44,523 nucleotides of DNA from a bacterium (GTDB lineage Bacteria; Eisenbacteria; RBG-16-71-46), in NCBI GenBank assembly GCA_043779265.1, contig JAYWEM010000059.1, positions 1-44,523 of the forward strand. The letters run 5' to 3'. The notes under the pieces are model-generated. The model was not told where the DNA came from. It ran no database searches and saw only the letters and a list, made by a program, of their open reading frames with translations. Positions 1 through 8,802 of this stretch are shown piece by piece; positions within the stretch are counted from its first letter, which is position 1, and each line of letters opens with the position of its first letter. The translations under genes and the position numbers were made by a program.

Positions 1-1
1 G

Positions 2-79
2 AAACTATGGCAGGACGGCGCACTGACGGCGGATCAGGCGGAAGTGGAAGCGGCCATCACACAGTTGCCATCGGCCTGA
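2..79 (+). CDS. Probable 3' end of an upstream gene truncated by the window edge (…KLWQDGALTADQAEVEAAITQLPSA*)
   Basis: Frame 2 is open from the edge to TGA at 77-79 with protein-like composition. No family recognised. Confidence 0.35.
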   Translation, partial: KLWQDGALTADQAEVEAAITQLPSA

Positions 80-135
80 CGCTCAGGCGCATCCGGCGGG
101 GCGACAGCGCTCCCGGCTCTGCTACCCTGAACGCC

Positions 136-2124
136 ATGCCCAAGCACCGTCTCGTCACGAGCGCCGTGATCGCCGCGGCCATGCTCGCGCTGTCCGTCGT
201 CGCCGCCGCCCAGACTCCCGCCGTGCAGGACACCGCGCCGCCGCGCGTCATGCGCCGCGTGCCGTTCCCGCTCCCCGGCAGCTCGCGCGTCCAGCCGGGT
301 GGTGCCGATAGTGTGATCCGCGCCGTGTTCGCCACCGGCGGCAATGCCTTGATCAAGCTCCCCGAAGTCGAGAGCACGATCCCGACGTTCTGGCGCACCA
401 AGGCCGAGCGCACCTCCTACGTCCAGAGCGCCGATTTTGACGAGACGATGCGCTTCTGCCGTCAGCTCGAGGCGGGCTCTCGCTGGGTCAAGCTGACGAG
501 CTACGGACGTTCGGGCCAGGGGCGCGAACTGCCGATGCTCATCATCAGCAAGGACCGCGCGTTCACCCCCGAAGCCGCGCGCGCCACCGGCAAGCCGATC
601 GTGCTCATCCAGAACGGCATCCACCCGGGTGAGATCGAGGGCAAGGACGCCTCGCTCGCACTGATCCGCGACTTCACCGTGCTGCGCAAACACGAGGCGC
701 TGCTCGACTCGGTCACGCTGCTCATCCTGCCGATCTTCTCGGTCGATGGACACGAGCGCCTCAGCCGCTACAACCGCATGAACCAGAACGGGCCCGAGGA
801 GATGGGCTGGCGCCACACCGCCGCCGGCTACAACCTCAATCGCGACTACTTGAAGGCCGACTCGCCCGAGATGCGCTCGCTGATCGGCAACGTCTACACC
901 AAGTGGTGGCCCGACCTGCTCGTCGATGACCACACCACCAACGGCGCCGACTATCGGCACGACGTCACGTACGCGTTCTCACATGGTGCCGGCACGGCCC
1001 CCAGCGTCGAGCGTTGGCTCACCGAGGCGTTCGAGGGCCGCGTCGTCGACTCGCTGAGCGCACGCGGCCGTCTGCCCGCGCCCTACGTTACGTTCCGCAA
1101 CGGGCACGACCCGCGAAGCGGCATCGACTTCGGCTCGGGCCCGCCTCGCTTCTCGACCGGGTACACGGTGCTGCAGAACCGCCCGTCGATCCTCGTCGAG
1201 ACGCACATGCTGAAGCCCTACGGCGTGCGCGTGCGAGCCACCTACGACCTGCTGTTCGCCTTGATCCAGGAGATCGCCGCGCGGCCACGCGAGCTCACGA
1301 GCGCGGTGCGCCAGGCCGACGCCGAGGCCATCGCCCGCGGCCGCGATCCCGACGCGCGCGCGCGCCTCATCCCACTCACCACGCGCACCACGGATCGCTC
1401 GGTGCCCTTCGAGTTCAAGGGCGTCGAGACGCGTTGGGAGTTCAGCACCATCACCGGGGCCCCCGTGCCGCGCTGGCAGGCGGCTGCCTGGGACACGATC
1501 ATCCCGCTGTTCCGCGAGGTCGTGGCGGGCAAGTCGATCGTCCAGCCGCTGGGTGGCTACCTCGTCCCGCAGGAGTGGGCCGACGCACTCGATCGCCTCC
1601 GCATCCATGGCGTGCGCACCCGCATGCTGACGCGCGCGCATCGTGACAGCGCCGAGCGCGTGCGCATCGTGCGTTGGACACTGGGCGGCGTGCCCTACGA
1701 AGGGCGCGTGCGGGTCGCGGTCGACAGTGTCACGGCCGAACGCGCGATGGGCGCATTCCGCCCGGGCGACTTCTGGGTGCCGCTCGATCAGCCGAGCGCG
1801 GCCATCGCCGTGCACCTGCTCGAAGCCGAAGCCCCGGACGGCCTGTTGCAGTGGGGGTTCCTGCACACGGTGCTGCAACGCAAGGAATACGGCGAGGACT
1901 ACATGCTCGACCCACTCGCTCATTGGATGATGGCCCGCGACCCCAAGCTGGCCGCCGAGTTCCGCCAGAAGCTGGCGCACGACGAGGCGTTCGCCAAGGA
2001 CTCGGGCGCCCGCGCCGACTTCTTCTACACACGCTCGCCCTGGATGGACCGCGAACAGGGCCTGATGCCGTTCTCCCGACTGATGCGCCCGGTGCCCGAG
2101 GCTTCACTCGAGCCGCTGCGCTAG
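136..2124 (+). CDS. Secreted M14 family zinc carboxypeptidase
   Basis: Zinc motif IQNGIHPGE (HxxE), NLNRD and DDHTT. The signal peptide follows ATG 136 (MPKHRLVTSAVIAAAMLALSVVAAA), so 136 is preferred to the ORF-track start at 7. Confidence 0.88.
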   Translation: MPKHRLVTSAVIAAAMLALSVVAAAQTPAVQDTAPPRVMRRVPFPLPGSSRVQPGGADSVIRAVFATGGNALIKLPEVESTIPTFWRTKAERTSYVQSADFDETMRFCRQLEAGSRWVKLTSYGRSGQGRELPMLIISKDRAFTPEAARATGKPIVLIQNGIHPGEIEGKDASLALIRDFTVLRKHEALLDSVTLLILPIFSVDGHERLSRYNRMNQNGPEEMGWRHTAAGYNLNRDYLKADSPEMRSLIGNVYTKWWPDLLVDDHTTNGADYRHDVTYAFSHGAGTAPSVERWLTEAFEGRVVDSLSARGRLPAPYVTFRNGHDPRSGIDFGSGPPRFSTGYTVLQNRPSILVETHMLKPYGVRVRATYDLLFALIQEIAARPRELTSAVRQADAEAIARGRDPDARARLIPLTTRTTDRSVPFEFKGVETRWEFSTITGAPVPRWQAAAWDTIIPLFREVVAGKSIVQPLGGYLVPQEWADALDRLRIHGVRTRMLTRAHRDSAERVRIVRWTLGGVPYEGRVRVAVDSVTAERAMGAFRPGDFWVPLDQPSAAIAVHLLEAEAPDGLLQWGFLHTVLQRKEYGEDYMLDPLAHWMMARDPKLAAEFRQKLAHDEAFAKDSGARADFFYTRSPWMDREQGLMPFSRLMRPVPEASLEPLR

Positions 2125-2154
2125 ACTTCCCGCTCCCCTGACTGGAGGCACCTG

Positions 2155-2823
2155 ATGCGTTCGATCCCCCTCTCGCTGATCCTGTTGCTCGTGTTCGGAG
2201 CGCTCGGCCTCGATGCGCGCACCGCGCTGGCCGACCGCACCCAGATCTACTCGGTGCAGGGCGCCGACTGCGGCGACTGTGGCACCGCACTCGTGGCGGC
2301 ACTCAAGAAGGCCAAGGTCGTGAAGAAGGCCGAGTTCGACATCCACAAGGTCGAGCTGAAGGTCGTGGTTCGTGACGGCGTCTCGGATCATCAGATCATC
2401 GAGCTGATCCGCAAGACCGAAGAGGGCTTCGACGCCGTCGTGGGCGCGGGCAAGGGCGCCTACCTGCCGATGGGCGAGTACCCCGAGGGCGCCGATGTGA
2501 TCACGCTGACGCGTGACGGCTCGGCCGTGCCCGAGTTCGAGACGCTGCGCGTGCCGGACAAGTACACCGTGTTCGATGTGTACGCCGAGTGGTGCGGCCC
2601 GTGCCGCGGTATCGACAAGAAGCTGGTCGAGACGATCGCGACCCGCAAGGATCTTGCCGTGCGCCGACTCGACGTTCGCACGTTCACGACGCCGCTCGCC
2701 AAGCAACTCGGAACAAGTCTCAAGGCGCTGCCGCACGTGGTCGTCTTCACGCCCAAGGGTCGCCGCATCGACCTGACCGGCGCGCGCTGGGAGCAGATCG
2801 AAGCCGCGCTGGCGGCTGAATGA
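2155..2823 (+). CDS. Exported heavy-metal-associated (HMA) domain / thioredoxin fusion protein
   Basis: GGAGG RBS. Signal peptide ending in ALA. HMA-like YSVQGADCGDC, thioredoxin YAEWCGPC and cis-Pro loop ALPH. Confidence 0.85.
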   Translation: MRSIPLSLILLLVFGALGLDARTALADRTQIYSVQGADCGDCGTALVAALKKAKVVKKAEFDIHKVELKVVVRDGVSDHQIIELIRKTEEGFDAVVGAGKGAYLPMGEYPEGADVITLTRDGSAVPEFETLRVPDKYTVFDVYAEWCGPCRGIDKKLVETIATRKDLAVRRLDVRTFTTPLAKQLGTSLKALPHVVVFTPKGRRIDLTGARWEQIEAALAAE

Positions 2824-3797
2824 GCCCTCGCGCCATCACCGCGGCGCTGCTCGCCGCATCGATCCTGTTCACGCCCGGCAACACGCACGCCGAAGCCGGT
2901 TGAGCGGGTTGAACCAACCCCAACCTGCCGGTCGGCGGGTCCGAGACGACGATCCCCGAGGAGGGCACGCTCCAGTGGAGCCTGTCGTTCGTCGTGGCGC
3001 CGATCCACATCCGTCACCCCGAGATGGACGGTGCGACCGAGTACTGGCATGACCAGCGCCTCCTCAGCGCACAGGCGAGATGGCGTGGCGTCTATGGCCT
3101 GAGCAAGACGCTCGCCCTCGAGGCCTCCGTGCCGTTTCGGCTGGTGCGCGATCGCATCGAGTTCGAGACGGCTGCTGGCGCACCCTACGCACCGGCCGAT
3201 CCCGATCGCCACCATCGCAACGAGACCGTGAGCGGACTCGCCGACCCGACCCTGTCACTTCAGTACGGCCGACTCGCTGGGCCCTGGGTCCTGGCGCTCT
3301 CTGCCGGGATCACGCTGCCGGCCGGCACGACCGTGGACAATCCGTTCGCGCTCGACCGCGCCGGACTGCGCCACCAGCACACGCAGCTCGGCGCGGGTGT
3401 CGCCTCGCCCTCGTTCTCGGCTTCAGCCTCGCGGCCATTCGGTGCGTGGCGCACGCATCTTCAGGGAACTGCGCTGCTGCCGATCGAGGAGAACTCGCGC
3501 GGCTATCGCCCGGGCTCTCGCTTGGGGCTCAGCTTCAGCGCCGGCCGCCAACTGGTCACCGGCTGGTCCGCCACCCTCGGAGCCGACTTCTCGAGAGAGA
3601 ATGCCGAGCGCTGGGATGGCAACGTCGAGGAAGAGGGCAACCTCGGCCGCAGCGATCTGTTCCTGCGAGCCGCCGTCGCCACGAAAGTCGGCGCGACCTG
3701 GGCCGTCGGACTGACGGCGCAGGTGCCCGTGTGGTCCGACGTCGAGGGGGCGCAGATCGATCTGCCGCTCGTGCTCGGGCTCACGATCTCGCGTTGA
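2820..3797 (+). CDS. Candidate selenoprotein (U28-A-G-U31): exported outer-membrane beta-barrel/transporter-like protein, 325 aa
   Basis: ATG 2820 overlaps the upstream TGA (ATGA). Signal peptide MSPRAITAALLAASILFTPGNTHAEA. In-frame TGA at 2901 and 2910. The frame continues into the 2994..3797 ORF, which has amphipathic beta strands and HHRNET / HQHTQLG motifs. A SECIS-like hairpin lies directly downstream of the UGAs. Confidence 0.8.
2923..2940 (+). promoter_or_regulatory. Putative bacterial SECIS element (ACCUGCC-GGUC-GGCGGGU)
   Basis: 7-bp stem with one G-U pair and a GGUC apical loop. The loop begins 17 nt after UGA 2910 and 26 nt after UGA 2901. Confidence 0.7.
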
Positions 3798-3807
3798 CGC
3801 CCGACGC

Positions 3808-4863
3808 TCAGCGCTCGGCGATCACCCGCTCGTAGGCCGCCCAGTACGGATCGACCTGTGGCGTGTCGTGCCGCGTGACGCTGCCGTCGGACTCGGTCAC
3901 CCACAACCGCCCGCCGCCGCCGCCCACCACCTCGCCCACATCCGCGCCGACGATCTCTTCGGCGCGCCACTCCGACAGCACGGCCTCGGCACGCTCGGGC
4001 GCCGCACAGGCGATCAGCGCGCCCTGCGCCAGCGACCAATAGGGATCGACCGAGAGCCACTCGCATGCCGCGGCCACTTCGACGGACAGCGGGATGCGGG
4101 ATCGTTCGGCCCGCACGTCGTGACCGCACGCGAGCGCCAGCTCCAGAAGCCCGCCCAGCACGCCGCCTTCCGTGGCGTCATGCATCGCGGTGACGCCTCG
4201 CTCATGCACGCCGGCCCGTAGCGCGGCGCGGCAGTCGGCGACGACCGAGACCTGCGACCACGAAGCGCTCAATCTTGCGAAGGCCGCTTCGTCGAGCCGT
4301 GAACGCAGCACGTCACCCGCGATCGAGGCCGCGACCGCTGCGGTCTCGATGGCGCAGCCCTTGGTGATCAGCACGCGATCGCCCGGCCGCGCCATGGCGG
4401 GCGTCAGGAAGCGACCCTCATCGCCCAGCCCCATCAGCGTCGCGGCGCCGACGATGCTGAGCGCACATCCGGGATAACGCCCGGTGTGCCCCGTCACCAC
4501 CGCCACCTCGAGTGCCGCCCACGCGTCGCTCATCGCCCGCCAGTAGCGTGCGAACTCGTCGTCACTCAGATCCGGCGGCAGCGCGAAGCTGACACTCACA
4601 TGCGCGGGCGGGATGCCCGTCGTCCACAGATCGCTCGCCAGCAGATGGCAGGACAGCCAGGCCGATCGCTCCGGGCCCAACGAAGGCACGAGGCTCAGCG
4701 GATCGGTGGTCACGGCCATGACGCGCCCTGCACCGACGCGAATGATGGCGGCATCGTGCCCGGCACGCGGACCCACCAACACGTCGCCTCTCGATGCGCC
4801 CAGGTGCGGCGCGATCGAGCGGGCGAAGGCCTCGGGCGAGAGCTTGCCGAGCGCGGGGCGCAT
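3808..4863 (-). CDS. AIR synthase-related (PurM/HypE/ThiL/SelD superfamily) protein
   Basis: LGKL N-terminus, GHDAAII, TTDP, VTGHTG, PGDRVLITK and MHDATEGG motifs. ATG 4863 lies directly after the stop of the upstream peptidase gene. Confidence 0.85.
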   Translation of the reverse strand: MRPALGKLSPEAFARSIAPHLGASRGDVLVGPRAGHDAAIIRVGAGRVMAVTTDPLSLVPSLGPERSAWLSCHLLASDLWTTGIPPAHVSVSFALPPDLSDDEFARYWRAMSDAWAALEVAVVTGHTGRYPGCALSIVGAATLMGLGDEGRFLTPAMARPGDRVLITKGCAIETAAVAASIAGDVLRSRLDEAAFARLSASWSQVSVVADCRAALRAGVHERGVTAMHDATEGGVLGGLLELALACGHDVRAERSRIPLSVEVAAACEWLSVDPYWSLAQGALIACAAPERAEAVLSEWRAEEIVGADVGEVVGGGGGRLWVTESDGSVTRHDTPQVDPYWAAYERVIAER

Positions 4864-4864
4864 G

Positions 4865-7732
4865 TCAGTCGAGCGAAGGGCCATCGAGCACGGCATTCAA
4901 GAGCAACCGCTCGGTGTTGCGCCAGAACTGCCGGAACAACACGGGACCCCCGATCATCACCGCATGGCCCGCCCCGTTCGGCTCGTCGATCGCGAAAGCG
5001 GTGTGTGCGAGACGGCGCTCGGTCTCGGGCCAGGTCCAACCGGCCAGCGTCAGCGGCGTGCGATCGAACCGCAGGGCATTGGTGCCTTCTCGCGTCCCGG
5101 TGAGGAACGTGCGCCCCTGCATCATCACGGGCAGGCGCTCATCGCGATAACCCCACGACAGCCAGTGCCTCGGCTCGAGGCTCGCCCAGAACGTCGTGCC
5201 GGGCACGAACTGCGGGCGACGCTCGGCCTCGACCTGGGCGCTGTCGGGCTCGGCGTCGTCCTCCTTGGCATCGTCCTTCTTCACGACGACGCCGACGACC
5301 TTGGCGTTGGAGAGGCCGACGCTCTTGAGCGTCGGGAACTCGGCCGCGTCGTCGAGCCCGATGAACACACCACCTCGCTGAACCCAGCTCTTGAGTGCCT
5401 CGACGCCGCTTCCCATCTCGCTTGCCAGCGCGTGCGGGTTGCCATCGGCGGCGATCACGACGTCGTAGCGATCCAGCTCGATGCCACCGATGCTGCCGGT
5501 GGGTAGCGCGGTGAACCGCACACCGAGACGGCGTTCGAGCAGGAACCACAGCCAGCCATAGGCCTCCGGGCTGCCCGGGCCATCGGCCAGAACGGCGATG
5601 CGCGGACGCTTGAGGCTCACGATCTGCTCGGAGCCGATGCCGGTGTCGCCGCGGTCGATCCACGCGCTCTTCAGCGACTGCACGACGACGCCCGAGGTCC
5701 TCGCCAGCGCCGCGATGCGCTCGTGCAGCCGCGCGTCGGTGCGGTCCACCCGCGCGATGAACGAACCGCGCGGATAGTCGCGCTCACCGGCCCGCAGCGG
5801 GCGCGTCGCGGTGGCGATGCGGAAGTCCTCCTGCAGCAGTCGAAGCGCCAATCGCTGCGCGCCATCAGTGGCGCACGACCACACGTAGGCGGTCATCGCC
5901 TCGCCCCCTTCGACGCGGCCACGCAAGTCGAGCGCGATGGAGCCATCGACACGCTTGAGCACGAGTGGCGCCGAGCGCGACGCCCGCGCCGGGAAGGGTA
6001 CGCCGATCGCGAGCGAATCGGGTGGCACGTCGGTGCTCTCGTCCTGCCCATCCGTACCGGTCAACGCGAGCCGGGCACCTCCCAGCGGCACCGCGCTCAC
6101 GTGGTGCACCGGCACGCCGTACGCCACGCCGAGGTTCCACGACGTGACGTCATAGAAGCCGTACGACTCGGCGGGAGCGCGCTTGCCCTTGGCGAGATTG
6201 CGCTCGTAGCGCTCGAGCTCCTGCTTCGCGAACGCGGCGTCCGGCGAGCGATCGTGCTCGAGCAGCGCTCGCGCCACTCGGCTGCCCGGCTGCGCCAGAT
6301 CGATCACGAATGCACCCTCCGGATAGCTTCGCGTCTCGCTCGGCGCCGTCGCCGAAGCCGGGTCGCCGCGACGCTCGAGCCCCTTGCCCTTCTCAGGTGC
6401 GGGCTTCGCGGCATCGTGGCTCCACAGTGGGCGCGCATCGCGCACACGGAAGGCCCCGCTCCGCCACTGCACCTCGACCCCCGCATGCATCAGATTCTCC
6501 GCGAATGCGGCAGCACGAACCGGATCCCCCACGGGATCGAGCACGAACGCGCCAGCGGCACGACGCGGAGAGACGGACTCCTGCGCGAACCGCGCGAAGT
6601 CGGCGAGGCGCGCCTCGCGCATCGCAACCGCGGTCTCGAGCGTCGTCAACGAGGCGACGAAATGTCGCTGCATGCCGTCCAGCATCGTCACGACGGTCTC
6701 GTCGTCGCGGCGCAGCGCCAGATTGCCGCCCCCATCGGTCTCGTAGGTCATGCCGATGGCGCCCTGCAGCGTCGGCCAGATGTCCCAGTAGCCGACCGAA
6801 TGGAAGTCGAAGAAGTCGCGGACATAGTAGTGCCAGCCATAGCGATCGAACGCGTTGGCATTCGCTTTGCCGAACGCCTCCACCCAACGCTTGTAGTCGG
6901 GGAGCGTGAGCGTCCAGTTGGTGGGCTCGGCGGTCGGCGGGAAGAAGTAGTTGGAGACCTGTCCGTGATGGTCCACGAACACCTGCGGCCGCCAGCGCCG
7001 GATCGCACTCGACATCTGACGCGACTCCGGATGGCTCATGGCGACCGCGTCCCGATTGGGATCGAACTTGTAGTGCGTCAGCCGGCCGTAGATGCCCCAG
7101 GGCTGCGAGCGTTGCTGCTCGAGCGCCCAATGCTCGGGGTCCCCGGTGCCATGCGCATTGATCCACGTCACGAACCGCTCATGCCCATCGGGGTTATGTG
7201 CGGGATTGAGGATCACGACCGCCTGCTCGAGCAGGCGGCGCGTGGCCGGGTCCTCGGCGGCGACCAGCTGATAAGCGACCTGCATCATCGCCTCGAACGA
7301 GGCGGACTCGTCGCCGTGGATGCTGTAGTTGAGCCACACGGTGACCGGAGTCTCGCGAATCAGCCGCGCCGTCGTCGCCGCATCGCCGCCTCTCGGATCC
7401 GCGAGGCGGCCATTCGCCTCTCGGATGGCATCGAGCCTCGCCAGATTCTCCGGGCTCGAGACGATGAACAGCGAGCGATCACGCGCTTCGATGGTGCGCC
7501 CGATGCTCTCGCGACGGACCCGCTCCGGCCGCGAGGCGGCGAGTGCGGCGAGATAGCGCTCTTGATTCCCCCACGTCGTATGGAACGTGCCGGGTGCATA
7601 GCCGAGCAACTCGGCGGGCTTCGGCACACCGTGTCGATACGGACCCCGATCGTAGAACTCGAAGCGGGCCGGCGCGGCCAGGGTGGGAGACGTGAGGCAG
7701 ATGAGCGAGAGCGCGAGCAACAAACGGCGCAT
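4865..7732 (-). CDS. Secreted M14 family zinc carboxypeptidase with C-terminal glutamine-amidotransferase-like domain
   Basis: GGAGG RBS then MRRLLLALSLICL signal peptide. Motifs YSIHGDE, NPDGHER, DPNRD and VDHHG. Confidence 0.85.
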   Translation of the reverse strand: MRRLLLALSLICLTSPTLAAPARFEFYDRGPYRHGVPKPAELLGYAPGTFHTTWGNQERYLAALAASRPERVRRESIGRTIEARDRSLFIVSSPENLARLDAIREANGRLADPRGGDAATTARLIRETPVTVWLNYSIHGDESASFEAMMQVAYQLVAAEDPATRRLLEQAVVILNPAHNPDGHERFVTWINAHGTGDPEHWALEQQRSQPWGIYGRLTHYKFDPNRDAVAMSHPESRQMSSAIRRWRPQVFVDHHGQVSNYFFPPTAEPTNWTLTLPDYKRWVEAFGKANANAFDRYGWHYYVRDFFDFHSVGYWDIWPTLQGAIGMTYETDGGGNLALRRDDETVVTMLDGMQRHFVASLTTLETAVAMREARLADFARFAQESVSPRRAAGAFVLDPVGDPVRAAAFAENLMHAGVEVQWRSGAFRVRDARPLWSHDAAKPAPEKGKGLERRGDPASATAPSETRSYPEGAFVIDLAQPGSRVARALLEHDRSPDAAFAKQELERYERNLAKGKRAPAESYGFYDVTSWNLGVAYGVPVHHVSAVPLGGARLALTGTDGQDESTDVPPDSLAIGVPFPARASRSAPLVLKRVDGSIALDLRGRVEGGEAMTAYVWSCATDGAQRLALRLLQEDFRIATATRPLRAGERDYPRGSFIARVDRTDARLHERIAALARTSGVVVQSLKSAWIDRGDTGIGSEQIVSLKRPRIAVLADGPGSPEAYGWLWFLLERRLGVRFTALPTGSIGGIELDRYDVVIAADGNPHALASEMGSGVEALKSWVQRGGVFIGLDDAAEFPTLKSVGLSNAKVVGVVVKKDDAKEDDAEPDSAQVEAERRPQFVPGTTFWASLEPRHWLSWGYRDERLPVMMQGRTFLTGTREGTNALRFDRTPLTLAGWTWPETERRLAHTAFAIDEPNGAGHAVMIGGPVLFRQFWRNTERLLLNAVLDGPSLD

Positions 7733-7827
7733 GGATCCTCCGGTCATGAGGTCGGTCGAACCGCGCGCAGGATACGCGAACGCCCGGCTCTCGGAGTGAG
7801 CCGGGCGCCGCGTTCTCGACGAGTGCG

Positions 7828-8625
7828 TCAGCGGGCGGCTTCGAACGTCACCAGGGCGAAGAACGCCCCCTGCGGGTCGGCGAGCACCGAGAAGCGTCCC
7901 ATGCCGGGGATGTCGGTCGGCGGCACATGGCCCTGGGCGCCCGCCTTCATCGCCGCGGCGTGCGACCGGTCGACGTTCTCGGTCGCGAAGTAGCAGAGCC
8001 AGTGCGACGGGATCGGCGCGCCCTTCGGCATCTCCATCATGCCGCCGGCCGGGCCATCGGCCTTGAGCCACGTCGTGTACACGCCGCCCATCGGGTTCGG
8101 GTCGTCCTGCACCTTCCAACCGCACAGCTGCGTGTAGAACTTCTTCGCACCATCGGTGTCAGTGGCATTGAGCTGTGTCCAGGCGAGCGAGCCCGGCTCG
8201 TTCATCAATCCGACGCCGGCATGCTGCCTCGCCTGCCAAACGCCGAACACGGCGCCGACCGAGTCCTTGAGCATGTACATGCGCCCATGCTCTCGGCCCT
8301 CGACCTTGACCTCATGCGGGCCCATCAGCACCTGCCCGCCGAGCGCCTTGGTCTGCGTCGCGGCGGCATCGGCATCGGTGACGCTCAAGTAAGTGCCCCA
8401 GTGAGGCGGCACGCCCGGCATCATCGTCTCGTCGAGCTGGAAGGCGGCGCCGACCTGATGCCCACCCTTGGTGAAGACGTAGTAGGTCATGCCGGGCCCC
8501 ATCGGGTGCTCGATGAGATCCCATCCGAACAGAGCGCGGTAGAACTTGATCGCGGCCTGGATGTCCTTGGCGGCGAGCTCGGGCCAACAGAAGGTGCCGG
8601 GAAGGTGGGCGGTGGTGGCGGGCAT
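7828..8625 (-). CDS. VOC/glyoxalase family protein with two tandem domains
   Basis: PGTFCWPEL…KFYRALFGW is repeated as PGSLAWTQL…KFYTQLCGW. C-terminal DIPGMGRFSVLADPQGA. Confidence 0.9.
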   Translation of the reverse strand: MPATTAHLPGTFCWPELAAKDIQAAIKFYRALFGWDLIEHPMGPGMTYYVFTKGGHQVGAAFQLDETMMPGVPPHWGTYLSVTDADAAATQTKALGGQVLMGPHEVKVEGREHGRMYMLKDSVGAVFGVWQARQHAGVGLMNEPGSLAWTQLNATDTDGAKKFYTQLCGWKVQDDPNPMGGVYTTWLKADGPAGGMMEMPKGAPIPSHWLCYFATENVDRSHAAAMKAGAQGHVPPTDIPGMGRFSVLADPQGAFFALVTFEAAR

Positions 8626-8802
8626 GGCGGGCTCCTCGGTGAAGGGGGGGCGAGCGCCCGCTCCGGGGGAGGGGCGCAGGAACCCCGCGAGAATAGGCCG
8701 CTGGCGCGGCAGCCCACGGTATCGAGGGCGAACGTCGCGTTTGGCCCGACGAGCGCAGGAGATCGCTTCAGGCCGAATCGGCCACGCCGGCGACTCGAGG
8801 AA

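Noticed and set aside
2901..2912. Genome-wide UGA reassignment (code 4 or 25) as the explanation for the in-frame TGAs
   Set aside because: Most well-recognised genes here (nrdJ, sod, prolyl oligopeptidase, RidA) end at TGA at their expected C-termini, so UGA is a normal stop in this genome.
2820..2912. Simple pseudogene with two nonsense mutations
   Set aside because: Disfavoured but not excluded. Both stops are TGA in CxxC spacing, a SECIS-like hairpin follows, and I see no other lesion in the gene.
2994..3797. ORF-track start at GTG 2994
   Set aside because: No SD or signal peptide and it begins mid beta strand. The coupled ATG at 2820 gives a complete exported protein.
3808..4863. Selenophosphate synthetase SelD
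   Set aside because: It lacks the N-terminal Gly-Cys/Sec-x-x-Lys motif and the DFF motif. It fits another PurM-like subfamily.
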